The notes under the pieces were generated by a model that was not told the origin of the DNA, ran no database searches, and was given only the letters and a program-made list of their open reading frames with translations. From contig JABVCE010000019.1 in the NCBI GenBank assembly GCA_014905635.1, positions 1 to 64,000 of the forward strand: 64,000 bases of DNA, in the 5' to 3' direction. The position numbers and the translations under genes are program-made. How positions within the stretch are numbered: position 1 is the stretch's first letter; each line of letters begins with the position of its first letter. Origin of the DNA: Scenedesmus sp. PABB004 (Eukaryota). Shown here piece by piece: positions 20,301 through 30,781 of the stretch.

Positions 20301-23050
20301 ACGGCAAGGGCATGTGGGAGCAGCTGCGCCAGATTGCCGGCACTGCCAGGCGGGGCCCTGGCGGCCCCGCAGCGCTGCGCGCTGCTGCCAGCACTGGCAT
20401 GGTTGTGGGCGAGCAGCAGATCGCAGACGCCCTGGCAGCGCAGTACGCCAGTGTCAGCGACCCCGCGGCGTTTGCTGCCGGGGCAGACTTTGACGAGCAG
20501 TGGCGCGAGCAGGTCGAGGCGGACGTGGCGCGCTACCGCGCCGCCGCCTCTGACCCCAGCGGCAGCGACAGCGAGCAGGACCCCCTCAGCGCCGACATCA
20601 CCGCCGCCGAGGTCGCAGCCCAGGCGCAGGCCCTCTCCAACAACAAGGCCCCCAGCCCGCTCGACGGCGTCACCAACGAGCTGCTCAAGTACGGCGGCGA
20701 GCCCCTTTGGGGCGCGCTGGCCGCCTTCTTCAACCTGCAGTTCACCCTGGAGACCAAGGCCCAGACCGCCGGCGTCATCACCCCGATCTACAAGCGCGGC
20801 GACCCGACCGACCCCGCCAACTACCGCCCCATCACGCTCGGCTCCGCGGTGGACAAGCTCTACAACCTCGTGCTCAACAAGCGCCTCACCGACCACCTTG
20901 AAGGCCACGGCCTGCTGCACGACGCGCAGCAGGGCTTCCGGCCCGGGCGCAGCGCCGCCGACAACATCTTCATGCTCACCTCCTGCCTCGACGCCCGCGC
21001 CGCGCAGGGACTCGACACCTACGTACTGTTCCTTGACATCGCCAAGGCCTACGACACCGTGTGGCGCTCCGGCCTGCTTCACAACCTCTGGCGCGTGGGC
21101 GTGCGCGGCCGCCTGTTCCGCGTGCTCGCCAACATGACCGACCGCACGCGCAGCATGGTGCGGCACCGCGGCGCGCTGTCAACAGCCTTTGAGCCGGGCC
21201 TTGGGTGGGAGCAGGGCGACACGCTGGCGACTACGATGTTCAACGTCTTCATCAACGCCGTGCTCCAGGAGGTGTGGGCCGCCTGCCCGGGCGTGCCGCT
21301 GCCCGCCGCGCCCGCGCCCGCGCCCGCCGCGCCACCCGCGCCCGAGCCAGGCGCCGCCGACGACAAGCTGGTCGCGCTCCTCTTTGCGGACGACTGCGCC
21401 AGCCTTGCGGCCGGCCCGGCGGAGATGCAGCAGCTCCTTGGCGCCACGCGCGCCGCGCTCGCCCGCTGGCGGCTCAAGGCCAGTGTCAGCTCGGCGGACG
21501 CGTCCAAGACAGCGGTGATGGTGGTGCCGGGGGGCCGCACCCGGCGTGCCGTCGCTGCGGCGGCTGCTGCCGCGGCGGCCTACCAGTGGTCGTGGGGCGC
21601 GGAGCAGGTGCCGCGCGTCACTGGGTACAGGTACCTGGGCGCGTGGCTGACGGCCGACCGCAGCGCCCGCAGCTGGGACGCCCACCTGCAGCGCCGCAAG
21701 GCTGCTGCGGACAAGGCGTTCTGGGCTCAGTCGGCGGTGCTGCGCGAGCGGCGCCTGCCGCTGCGCCTGCGCCTGCTCACGCTCACGGGCGTGGTGCAGC
21801 CTGTGTTGACGCACGCGGCCCAGGTCTGGGCCCGCCCCACGGTCGAGCGCCGCGCGGAGCTCGACTCGTGGCAGGCGGGGCTGGTGGCGCGCATGACCGG
21901 GTGCCCGCCCAACGTGTCGCACGCGTGCCTGCAGCAGGAGCTGGGCATCACCCCGCTGCATGTCGTCTGCGACACCCTCATGCTGCGCTACTGGCACCGC
22001 CTGCGCGCCCTGCCAGCCGACCGCCTGTTGCGCCGTGTTGCCGACGCCTGGCCCGCCACGCCGTGGTGGAAGGGCGTGGGCGGCCTCCTGCGGGACTACG
22101 GCGTCGATGTTGTGGCTACTGCTGGCATGAGCCGCAACGAGTTTGCTGCTCACCTTTGCGACCTTGCTGGCGACCACATCGATGGCGCCTGGGAGGCCGC
22201 TGCCGGCCGCGGCTCGGTGGCGCGGCGCTACCGGGAGGCCTTTGGCAGCGGCGTCTTCTCTACTCGCTCCTTCACGCGCCGCGCCGGCGTGCCGTGCGCC
22301 CGGGATTACCTGGGCTGGCTCTGCAGCCCCGGCGGCCCGCGGCGCGGCCGGCCGGCGGAGCTGCTCATGCGCCTGCGCATGGAGTGCCTCCCGCTGCGCG
22401 CTGCCCACAGCCACGCGCGCCGGGGGGAGTCGATCGCGCAGCAGGCGGAGCGAGAGCGCTGCCCCTGCTGCGCTGCGCGCGCGCCCGAATCGGCCGCGCA
22501 CTTTCTCTTTGAGTGCGGCGCGCCCGGCCGCCCTGCACGCCTCGTTGCGCTGCTTGCGGACCTCCGTGCCAGCGGCGGGGGCGCGCATGCTGGCGCGCTG
22601 GCTGCGCACCTGCGTGCGGCTGGTGTTGAGATGGCGGCTAGCGGCAGCCAGGAGCTGGAGGCTGGAGCTGGCGGCGGCGGCAGCGGCAGCGTCAGCGACC
22701 CCGGCGTCGTGGCTAGCGCGGCGGCCCCTCGGGCTGCTGACGCAGGCGCGGCGGTCAGCATCAGCGATAGCGGCGTCACGGCTGATACGGCGGCCCCTCG
22801 GGCTGATGATGTCAGCGCGGCGGTCAGCGTCAGCAGCGTCTCTGCTGGTGCGGCGGCCCCTCGGGCTGCCGTTACCGGCGCGGCGAGTCGGTGTGCAGCA
22901 CTGGAGCAGGCTCGGCGTTATTTGCTTGGTGACCTGCTGCAGGATCAGCTTGCTGTTCACTCTGTGGCAGATTATGTGATGGACATCTGGAAGATGCGGG
23001 ACACCGTCCTTAAGGGGCGCGGGACCAATGGGCACGAGCCTGTGGTGTAA
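17315..23050 (+). CDS. LINE polyprotein, 1911 aa: ORF1/RRM-like region, two Tudor-like domains, APE endonuclease, reverse transcriptase, CxxC..H..C Zn finger
   Basis: APE motifs at ~18905-19705: INVCG, DILAVVETW, GGGVGFYV, VLGDFNSRVG, LDYVL, SDH. RT motifs: KAPSPLDG, PIYKRGD..PANYRPITL, QQGFRPGRS, FLDIAKAYDTV, EQGDTL, LFADD (FADD 21383-21394), YRYLG. Zn finger CPCC..ESAAHFLFEC at ~22460-22516. Confidence 0.95.
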   Translation: MQDHRDAGTEAAAAGVRATAATPGSPAVRPCGPGVGGPLYVCVGGAWRTITSDKLGVGPSAAGPAPGPDYAWVEGAWRRAAALPTPAGPPERRAGGARLPGSTGRARAAPTAAPAHAPPATAARRRTTGHAQGRPAAVAQRAAPPCALGLSALVFGVGPEDAIDGGNPARSKLSEAVRRAIAAGADADTLTLAAAALAAGRMQWMGSTRAAQRRRVMRVRLQRIPSAHRAALLQHRAALAAALRTQLGWRLVVCEDGRALPAQPPLPTDANPYAALADAAAAEAAPDSGAECRAAPPRLHGSIVCKHFAGHGDFYGVVLKIRGARGPYAYRVHYTDGEDETMTEEEARGHLAGSVPAAHAVHALRARLLPPTPADGVVVKKYFRSHRQHFYGVLTVRPPFFAVAYTDGDAEDMDADEAARHAVADAPELAPHWAGLAARGARADLYPLAAAAAAQLALGADAPEAAPAAAAAAPAAGAAAADVPLAPERVPAADNAARARRACPAYTDRRMRRRHTGLVRAANLAWARAGLRVACINVCGMTRLQAAELAAATTALCIDILAVVETWEGHPCVAHELPGYTFIGKPRSRGQGGGVGFYVARALAPLVRAHADTQLPEALWLELRRGGSAATARPASVGVVYLPPASLESAALRADTYAQLQTDIQRFQERGAVLVLGDFNSRVGSSAPAEQQADQPPARIGQWGESGAPDAAGQALLAMLDATDLYALNGRAPTATGLPAYTRARLVCGADGTHTEQCSVLDYVLAPAAWALPSSRGPAPCALTVADDRRITKSDHLLLWTCLPHPAARARAPAGLRRRVARTDLLKPVPGQRDAGHADAYRAELADALADYADDVAALADQVGSALLPAREACARAKAALCDAIWTAVDGSVGYREVRSGGRGGSAAAARRIFTPAVQAAVQARRDADVALAAARGAAAGGDADAAPAQAAAELAAARDQLCAAQRAVKSAVAAARAAELGRRVDAVHARHAAGDGKGMWEQLRQIAGTARRGPGGPAALRAAASTGMVVGEQQIADALAAQYASVSDPAAFAAGADFDEQWREQVEADVARYRAAASDPSGSDSEQDPLSADITAAEVAAQAQALSNNKAPSPLDGVTNELLKYGGEPLWGALAAFFNLQFTLETKAQTAGVITPIYKRGDPTDPANYRPITLGSAVDKLYNLVLNKRLTDHLEGHGLLHDAQQGFRPGRSAADNIFMLTSCLDARAAQGLDTYVLFLDIAKAYDTVWRSGLLHNLWRVGVRGRLFRVLANMTDRTRSMVRHRGALSTAFEPGLGWEQGDTLATTMFNVFINAVLQEVWAACPGVPLPAAPAPAPAAPPAPEPGAADDKLVALLFADDCASLAAGPAEMQQLLGATRAALARWRLKASVSSADASKTAVMVVPGGRTRRAVAAAAAAAAAYQWSWGAEQVPRVTGYRYLGAWLTADRSARSWDAHLQRRKAAADKAFWAQSAVLRERRLPLRLRLLTLTGVVQPVLTHAAQVWARPTVERRAELDSWQAGLVARMTGCPPNVSHACLQQELGITPLHVVCDTLMLRYWHRLRALPADRLLRRVADAWPATPWWKGVGGLLRDYGVDVVATAGMSRNEFAAHLCDLAGDHIDGAWEAAAGRGSVARRYREAFGSGVFSTRSFTRRAGVPCARDYLGWLCSPGGPRRGRPAELLMRLRMECLPLRAAHSHARRGESIAQQAERERCPCCAARAPESAAHFLFECGAPGRPARLVALLADLRASGGGAHAGALAAHLRAAGVEMAASGSQELEAGAGGGGSGSVSDPGVVASAAAPRAADAGAAVSISDSGVTADTAAPRADDVSAAVSVSSVSAGAAAPRAAVTGAASRCAALEQARRYLLGDLLQDQLAVHSVADYVMDIWKMRDTVLKGRGTNGHEPVV
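22700..22870 (+). repeat. In-frame tandem repeat (3 copies, ~60-69 bp) in the LINE C-terminus
   Basis: cggcggcccctcgggctg recurs three times (AAPRA), the first two followed by AAVS. The insert is absent from the related element at 13471-15351. Confidence 0.85.
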
Positions 23051-23072
23051 CTATCTTTATCTTTATCTTTAC

Positions 23073-26000
23073 CTGTGCCTGATCGATCAAGTAGCCCCCC
23101 ACAGAAGTGCCGTCCCCGATGTTGGCCTTGCCAGCAACACCAGAGCCTGCGCGCAGGGGCAGCGGCGTGCGTTGGCTCTCCGCGGCAGACATGCGTCCAG
23201 CGGGCGGGGCGGGCCCGCCACTCACACGTCACTGCCACGTTGTTGACCGCGTTGCTGCAGGTGGCGCTTTGGGCATACTGGACGCAGAGGAGGCGCGCAG
23301 GGGGGGGGGGGGGGGGGGCAGATGATGAGTGGCCAGCCCGCGCATGCTGCACACGAGCATGCTTGTGCGTGCAGCGTGCGGGGGCCCCGCACCTTGCAGC
23401 ACTTTTTGCCCGCGTCCGAGCTGCTCAGGCCCGTGATGTCGGTGGTGCCGCCAGCGTTGACCAGGCCTTGATCGCCCCAGGTGCTGGAAAGGGCGTCGCT
23501 GCCTGCGCACGAGAAGCAGGCAGGCAGCGGGGTGGGCTGGCGCGCACGCAGGGGTGGGGCCACGCCACACACTCCCCGCACTCACATGACAGCTCCCCTC
23601 CTGATGCGCCGCCCTCGTTGACGTTGGCACAGGTCGCGCCGGTAGGGAAGGCCTGCGGCGGAACATGCAAACAACGTGCCGTTTGTCAAACATGCGTGCG
23701 TGGCTCACAAGAGCCCTCTGCGGCGCAGGCACTCACCGTGCAGCAGAGCGAGCGAGCGGCGTCTGCGCCCAGACCACCGATTGGAGCCTCCTCCGTGTCC
23801 AGGAGCTTGCCTGTGCCCTCGCCTGCGTGCGGATTATCAGGGGAGTTGAGTTATGGATGCTGGGCTGGCAGGTCAGCTTGGCGGCCAGCGAGCGCCGCCG
23901 ACGCACATGACACGGCGGTGGAGCCAATGTTGCCGCATGTCAAGCCGCCGTCGTACGGGTCGGCGGTGCAGCAGATGGCATGCGCTTCCTTCTCCGTGAC
24001 GCCCGCGATGCGGCTGGAGCTCCCCATGTTGCGCTTGCCGGTGACGCCGCAGTAGAGCTGGTCGCCCTTGGTGCCGTCGCCGTTGACGTCGATGCAGGAG
24101 GCGCTGCCCGTCGCAGAGAACTTGATCTGTGGCAGCAGCGAGTGAGCTCCATTTGCTTCAAGGGCGGCGGCGCGGGCGCAGACGGGCAGCCGACGCGGGC
24201 TGCGCGCGCACCACAGCGCAGCACGCGGCGTGCGCCTCCTCCGGCGTCTTGCCCTCAATGGTGGTGGTTGCGAGGTCGAGCGCCGTGTCGAGCTTGAAGC
24301 CCGCCCCGCAGACCATGCCCACCGGCGACTGGGCCCCCGGCAGCGTGCTGAGGCAGGTGGCCCCCTGGGCGTACGTTGCCCTGCACGTGCCAGGGCTGGT
24401 GCTGCTCCACGTCGCAGATGGGCCGACTTGATCGCAGCGCGCGGTGGGTGGGTCGTTGCCGATCACGCACCGGGCCTCACACGTCTGGCCGATGCTGTTG
24501 GGGCAGAGCAAGGGCCAGGCGGCGTGCGTGATGGTGATGGGTGGCGACAGCACGCACGTGACTGCGTGGGGGGCGATGGCGGCAGTGAGGCGGGCGAGGG
24601 TGGCAGCGCTGCCCCGCGCCCAGCCGCCGCTCACGCTCGGTGCAAGAGCCGGCAGGGAGCGTCCATGTGCCCGTCGCTCTGTCGCACAGCGATGACGCGC
24701 CGCCCCTGAAGCCGGATGCGCACGTGGCAGAGCAGCCTGCGCCTGCGTCGCAGCCCGTGTCCCACACTGCATTTTCCACCTGTGGCAAGTTGGTGCTGCT
24801 GCACGCAACGCCGTCTGCGGGCAACGAGGCAGGGTGAGGTGGATTGTGTCGTCGGCAGCCTGGATACGCTGGGCGCAAAGCTTGCTGCGCGTGCGCGCAC
24901 CGGTGGTGGGCGTGATGCAAGCCAGACTGTCCACCCGCCAGTCGCCCGAGGCCTGGCATTCTGCGCTGCGCACGCCAAACCTCGTGTCGCACACGCCCTC
25001 GCACACGTCTCCGCTTGTCATGCCGGCGCAGCGAGCGGGCCATTGGACGCCGAGGGCGGGCGGCTTGGAGTCGCAGCGCGTGAGGATGATGACTGCGTGC
25101 CGTCGCAGCGCGCGGGGGCTCATGGTAAGTGGGCAGAGAGCAGCAGTGCAAGCCAACTTGCAAGCCAATTGGCTGCTCCCCTACCTCGAACAAAGCTCTT
25201 GTCAGGGGCTGGTGCAGCAAAGCGCGAGCTCGCAGCATTGATTGCGCCTGTGATGGTCGATACCAGCAGCGTGATACTGGGGGTGCCAGCGCTCAGTTCG
25301 CTCGTGAGGAGAGCAGCGATGGCGTCGACGTCGACGCTTGACGCCGAGGTGGGAATGCCCAGTGCAGTTGCGAGCGCTTGGGCAGCCTGCACGGCCTGGT
25401 CGTCGGCAACGTCCGCGCGCGTGGTGAGGGTGAAGGTGTACTGGGCATCTTGCTGCTGGTGAAGGCGGCGCCGGCGCCTGGGCTGCACGCAGGCGCCGGG
25501 TGCGCTCTCGAGCATTCCGGCCTGCGCTGGGTCAGCCCCGCGGCGAGTTGAGCAAGCAAGGTGCGTGCCAGGTTTGCTGCGTCGTCCTCGGTGGCGTCAA
25601 TGCAGCTCTTCAAAGGCAAGTCGAGGTCGACGCGCAGGCGCCGCAGCACAGGGACCCGACAGCACATGGACTTGGTCGCCTCGCTCAAGCTGTTGAGCTG
25701 CGGCGCGGGCTCTCGAGGCGGCAGGCCGAGGGCCTCACACTTGCCAGCACACGCGTTCTGCGGTGCAGCCAGCAGCAGGTGGGCGGACCGAGCGGCCGCA
25801 CAGCGCACAGCCACAGCGCACAGCGCACGGCGCGCAGCGCGCAGCGCGGCGCACAGCGCACAGCCAGCGGCCCGCGCGCTGCCCGCAACCTACGCAGCAC
25901 GTCGCAAAGGAGGGCGTACTGCCCTGCAGCAAGGTCGGGAGTGGGGAGCGCAGCGCGGCACCAGCGCCGCAGGGGAAGCCGTTGCACGTTGGGGCGGGCG

Positions 26001-26580
26001 AGGGGCAGGCGCGAGGTCCACCGCGCATGATTGTGACGTCTGCGGCGGGAGCGGCGCAGCAGTCAGCCACGTGCCAAAGAGCGCGCCAGGCGAGCAGCGT
26101 GGCCGCCAGCGCACCGACGGCAGTGATTGACGTGCTGAAGGGCGCGGCGGCGGCCGCGAGCGCAGCCCGGGGCCCCGGGCCCTGCAGCGCGCACGCCGCC
26201 TGCTCGTCCAGCGCGGGAGAGCCGCCGACTGCGGCCGGCCTGCCCAGCAGCTGGAAGCGGTAGCGGGCCGTAGAGATGGCGTCCTGCGGGCGCGGCCGAG
26301 CGGGCGGGGCGGGGCGGGCGTCTGCGGCCGATCGCTGGTCGGCCGGCCGGTGGCCAAGAGCCGGTGGCGTTGGCGGCCAAGACTGCCCACTCACGCTGGT
26401 GCAGCCGGCCTTCTTCACCTCCATGCGCGCGCCCAGCGCCTGCTGCGCAGCCCGCACGAGCGCGTCGTGCAGCGCTCCGTTGCAGCGCCCGGTCGCGCGC
26501 ACGGCGAGCTCGACCACCGCCGGCTGCGCGGCGGCGCCATGCAGCAGCAGCGCCGCCAGGAGCGCCAGCAGGGAGCGCAT
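23073..26580 (-). CDS. Multi-exon secreted Cys-rich protein with repeated TC..C..CC modules; 3' end cut off by the LINE
   Basis: ATG at 26580 begins MRSLLALLAALLLHGAAAQP (signal peptide). GT-AG introns separate modules such as GATCLST..VC..AACC and ASCIDVNGDG..YC..AICC. The last visible exon, 23146-23073, abuts the LINE tail. Confidence 0.75.
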
Positions 26581-27353
26581 GGCTGAAGCGACGCGCCGCC
26601 CTGCGCGGCGGGGGGGGGGGCACACAAGTGAGAGGGCGCGCGTCGGCGAGAGGCGAGAGCGTCGGCACCGCCGGGCGGCGTGCGGTGCAGGGTCCGTCGC
26701 ACTCAAGCGTTGGGCGAGCTCAAAAAGGCCGGGCGACGGGGACTTGGGGCCCTGGCCGCCCGTGCCCATCGCGATCCGCCTGGGGCCGCCCGCGCTGGGG
26801 GCCCAACCGCGACGCCCGCGCGGCCCTCCGGGCCGCAGAGGGCAGCAGCACAACCCGTCCCACGCGCCCTCACCTCTCGGCGCGACGAGCTCGCCGTCGA
26901 CCAGCCCGCTCGAGCTCAGCGATCACCCCAGCAGGCGGCGGGATGATCCCCCGTGACCGAGCGCCGGGCGGGAGCGGCAGGACCGGGGGAGGGCCCTGAG
27001 AGGCGGACGCCGCGCGGCACCCTGCACCGCTGCTGGGAACCTGCGCGCTGGACGCAGCGAAACACCGTCCCGGGGGGCGTTGGGCGCTCTGGAGTCCCGG
27101 GGGGCACTCCCAACGCCGGCGACCACGTCAACTGGGGCGCGTTGGGCGAGCTGGAGTCCAGAGATGATGATGGCGCCCACTCGCCGCGCGCCTGGCCCAC
27201 CGCAGGCGCGGCGAGCGCCCGAACCGCTGCGGGATGGTCGGTGCTGCAGCGCCCCGGGCGGCAGGCGGCGCCGCCGTGCGGTGGGGCGCCCGCGCCCGGA
27301 CCCTGCTCAGCGAGCGCCGCCCGCCGCCCGCTGCGTGCTGCGCGGTCCGCCAG

Positions 27354-28066
27354 GTCGGACCCGCTGCACCTCGCCTGGCTGTGCCGCTGCCTGGTGCTGT
27401 CGGGGCGCGCGGGCGAGGCGTGGGCGGCGTACGAGGCCGCCGCGGGGGCCGGCGCGCCGGGCGCTGCGGGCGAGGCTGGGTACTGGCTGCTGCAGGTGAT
27501 CGCGGGCGACTGCTACCGCGCGGGCGCCTTCCTCCACGCGCTCAGGGTGCGTGCGCGCCGCAGCGGGCGGGGCGAGCGCCGGACCCGTTGCGGCTGGCCG
27601 GCGCGCGCGGCTGGCGAGCTCGCCAGCCCTCGAGGGCGCGCGCCGCGCCGCTCCTGGCCAGCGGCCGCCCCGCCCTGGCCCACGGCCCCGCCGCGCCGCC
27701 TCTGCCAGGCGCTGGACGCACTGGAGCGGCTCGACCCCGCGCCGGAGCTGCTCGAGGCCAAGCGCGGCGCGGCAGCGGGGGCGCTGCAGCTCATTGTCGC
27801 CGGCAAGCTGCAGGTGCGCCGGCGCCGCGCTGCCAGCGCCGCGCCAGTGCTCCGCTGGCGGCGGGGCTGGCTGACGACGTTGCGCCGCCGCGCTGGCCGC
27901 CGCCGCGCGCGCTCAGCCCGAGCTGCTGGCAGAGGTGGTGGAGCTGCTGCAGGCCAGCGCGGGCGGCGGCGCCGGTGGGCGGGCGCGTCCGGCGGCAGCG
28001 CAGCAGGTGGAGCACATGGTGCGCGTGATGCGCGCGTGGGGGCTGCGCAACGGCGTCGCGGTGTGA
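27354..28066 (+). pseudogene. IFT56: C-terminal three exons of intraflagellar transport protein 56 (TTC26/DYF13); 5' portion not found
   Basis: Exons 27354-27546, 27709-27813 and 27917-28066 give [72 protein letters not shown]. This matches the TTC26 C-terminus as I recall it (LLQLIANDCY..FDVLERLDP..EGKRGA..QVEYMIR). Confidence 0.8.
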
Positions 28067-28179
28067 GCGTGGCGGGGCCGGCGCCAGCTCTGCGCATGCG
28101 TTTGGTGTTACTCTTGCCTTGCCAGTGGCGGCGGCCCCCGGCGCGTCACCGCTCTTGTGACACGGCCGCGCGCCGCCGG

Positions 28180-30021
28180 TCACCGCGCGGATGCGGCGGC
28201 CCCCGGGCGCGGCGCGGCCGAGCCCGCGAGCAGCCCAATCGCCGCCAGGTACAGCACGACCTGGGCCGCGACCAGCGCCCGGCCGAGCCGGCGCGCGGCG
28301 CGCTGCTCCTTGAACTGCACGACCCCCCACAGAACGTTGACCACGGGGTAGGCCTGGCGGCAGTGCGGCGGTGGCGGCGGCGGTCACGTTGGCACGCGCG
28401 CGCGCGCGCGCGCGCGCGCGAGCGAGCACGAGCGAGCGCGCGAGCCCAGGGCGCCTGCGCTCAGGGACCGCTGAGCCCCCACACCCCCTCACAACCCCCC
28501 TCCGCACCATGACCAGCATCGCCGCCGCAAAGCCGGCGACCTGGCCGCCGATGAGCTGGGTCAGGTCGCCGCTCGCGGCGAGCAGCCCGGCCAGCACCGA
28601 CAGCCCCCGGCCGCGGTGGTCGCCGAGCCACGCGCGCACGCTGCTGCGGCGCGTGCCAAAGGGCGGCCGGTGCAGCAGCGCGGGCGCAATCGCGACGGCC
28701 GCGGCGAGCTGGCCGACGCTGAACCACCAGTTGGCGGTGTACACGTTAAGCGGCGCCACGCCGGGCGGCAGCAGGCCAAAGGTATCGCTCGCCGCGACCT
28801 GGAAGGCCGGCAGCAGGAGCGCGTGCACGACGCCGCCTGCGTGCGCGCGAGGCGGCGGGCCGTGCGTGGTGCGCGCCGGTGGGTCGCGGCGGGGCGGCTT
28901 GCAGCTTTCGCACGCGCGCGCGCCAGCCCACCGATCAGGGCGATGCTCAGGCCGAGCCACGCGGGGCTGCCACCCGTGAGCTGGATGGACCGCTCCTGCA
29001 GCGCCGCGTCGGCGTCGCGCGGCCCCGCCCCGCACGGCTGCTCGGCGGCGCCGCCGGCGCGCGTGAGCTCGAGGCTGCTCGCGCTGCGGGCGTGCGCCAG
29101 CGGCGTCGCGTGCTGCCGTGCCGGGCCGTGTGCTGCCGGCTGCTCGACGTCCTCCAGCTGCACCAGGTCGTCCTGGCGGGGCTGCCGCCACCCCGGTTGC
29201 CGATGCTGCCCGCCGAGCTTGGCGGCCGACGCCGGCGCTGGCTCTGGCGCCTTGCAGTTGGGCGGCCTCCCGCCGCCGCCGCCGCCGCCGCCGCTGCCGG
29301 CGTCGTCGTCACGCCTCACCGCGCTGAGCACGTGCGCGGCCGCGCCGGCTGCGATCGCGCCCGCGGCGGCGGCCGTGCCGGTGAAGACGAGGGCGGGGGC
29401 GTTGATGCCGCCGTCGAGGAAGTACGAGAGGACGACGCCGATGATCACCGAGGTGGCGTTGAGCAGCGCGGGGCCTGCGGCGCGCGGGCGGGCCCGGCGG
29501 CGGGCTGCCGCGTCGGCCGAGGCGCGGCGAGCCGCGCGCGGGCGCGTCGGCCGCGGCGCCGCGAGCCGCGCGCGGGGCGCCGGCGCACCGATGCTGAGCC
29601 CCAGCAGCGCGGTCGCATAGAGCATGGCGAGGTCGCCGAGCGCGAGGCACGCGCCGCCGGCGAGCGCAAAGCCGACGAGCGGGGCGTTGGGCTGGCGCAG
29701 CTGCGCGAGGAAGGAGAGCGCGGCCGGCCCCGGGCCGAGCTGGCCGAGCGTGAGCGCGGCGGCGGTGCCAAAGGCGAGGTAGGTGAGGGCGTAGTCCAGG
29801 AAGACGTGGCCTGGCACGCGGCCGCGCCGCTCGACCGCGTTCCACACCGCCGGCCAGCTGCGGAGCGGCGCGCGGCGTGAGCGCGTGGGCGGCTGCGGCG
29901 GCGCGCGGCGTGAGCGGCTGCAGCGGCGCGGCGGCCCGCATTTCGCCGCTCACGTGCCGAGCAGCAGGACGCCGGCCAGCATGAGGCCCACCGCCGCGGG
30001 TACGGTGCTGACGATCAGCAT
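28180..30021 (-). CDS. Ureide permease (UPS family transporter), multi-exon
   Basis: LLLGTWPAVWNAVERRGRVPGHVFLDY, IGVVLSYFLDGGIN, VAPLNVYTANWWFS, IGGQVAGFAAA, and AYPVVNVLWGVVQFKE. Multiple hydrophobic segments. Confidence 0.9.
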
Positions 30022-30781
30022 CGCTGCTCTGGCCCCCTGGCCGCGCTGACGCCGCGCGGGCTGCCAGGGCGCTCGAAAATAGCTGGGGCGAGCGTTTCCA
30101 GCGGCGGTAAAACCAGGGGAGGGCCTGGAGGCACGGCGCTCCGCGGCGACCGCTGCCGAGAACCTGGCCGCTCTTCGACGCGGAACGCCGTCCTGGCGCA
30201 GGCGAGTGCAGTGAAAACGGCGGTTTGCGTGCCCTGACGAAGCGCCGTGACACCCCCGCGCACCAGCTGCTCGGGGTGCGGCGGCCGGCGGCGCAGGCCA
30301 GCGGGCGGGCGGCCGAGTCTGGCGGCGCAGCAGGTGGACCACATCGTTCGCGCTGTGCACCGCCCCGCGCCGCCACCGCGCCCGCGGCGCGCCCCCGCGG
30401 CTGCAGCCAGCTGGCACCTCACGCCCGCCCGCTGCCCTGGGCCTCAAGGCGGAGGCCTCCTGCCGTGCGCGACGGGTGGGGCTGCTGATGATGACACCAA
30501 CTGGGCCGGGACGCCACTGACTCGGGGCCCAACCAGGCGCGCTGAGCGCGGGCGGCGCGCGCGTGGCGACTGAGGTCGGCCGGCGCGCGGGCAGCGCGCG
30601 GCGGGCGGTGTGGTTGGCGGCGCGCTGCGGCGGCCGTTCAGTTGAGCCTACTGCTGGCTGCAGAGTTGTGCAGGGCTGCCAGGCCGCGGAAACCAGGGCG
30701 TTGCGCCGTCCCCGCACCAGCCAACTGCCACGCAGCCCCGTCGCGCTAAACAAAACAAAGCCCTTGGCGCAGCGGCGCACA

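Larger units (their letters stand above)
17315..23071 (+). mobile_element. Apparently full-length APE-type non-LTR retrotransposon (LINE) with (TATCTT)3 3' tail; true 5' end is upstream and undefined
   Basis: Long intronless ORF in an intron-rich genome, with APE and RT motifs. The stop at 23048-23050 is followed at once by tatctt x3 (23052-23069). Confidence 0.95.

Noticed and set aside
16826..21166. 1446-aa minus-strand ORF
   Set aside because: It is the antisense shadow of the GC-rich LINE ORF, with no recognisable motifs.
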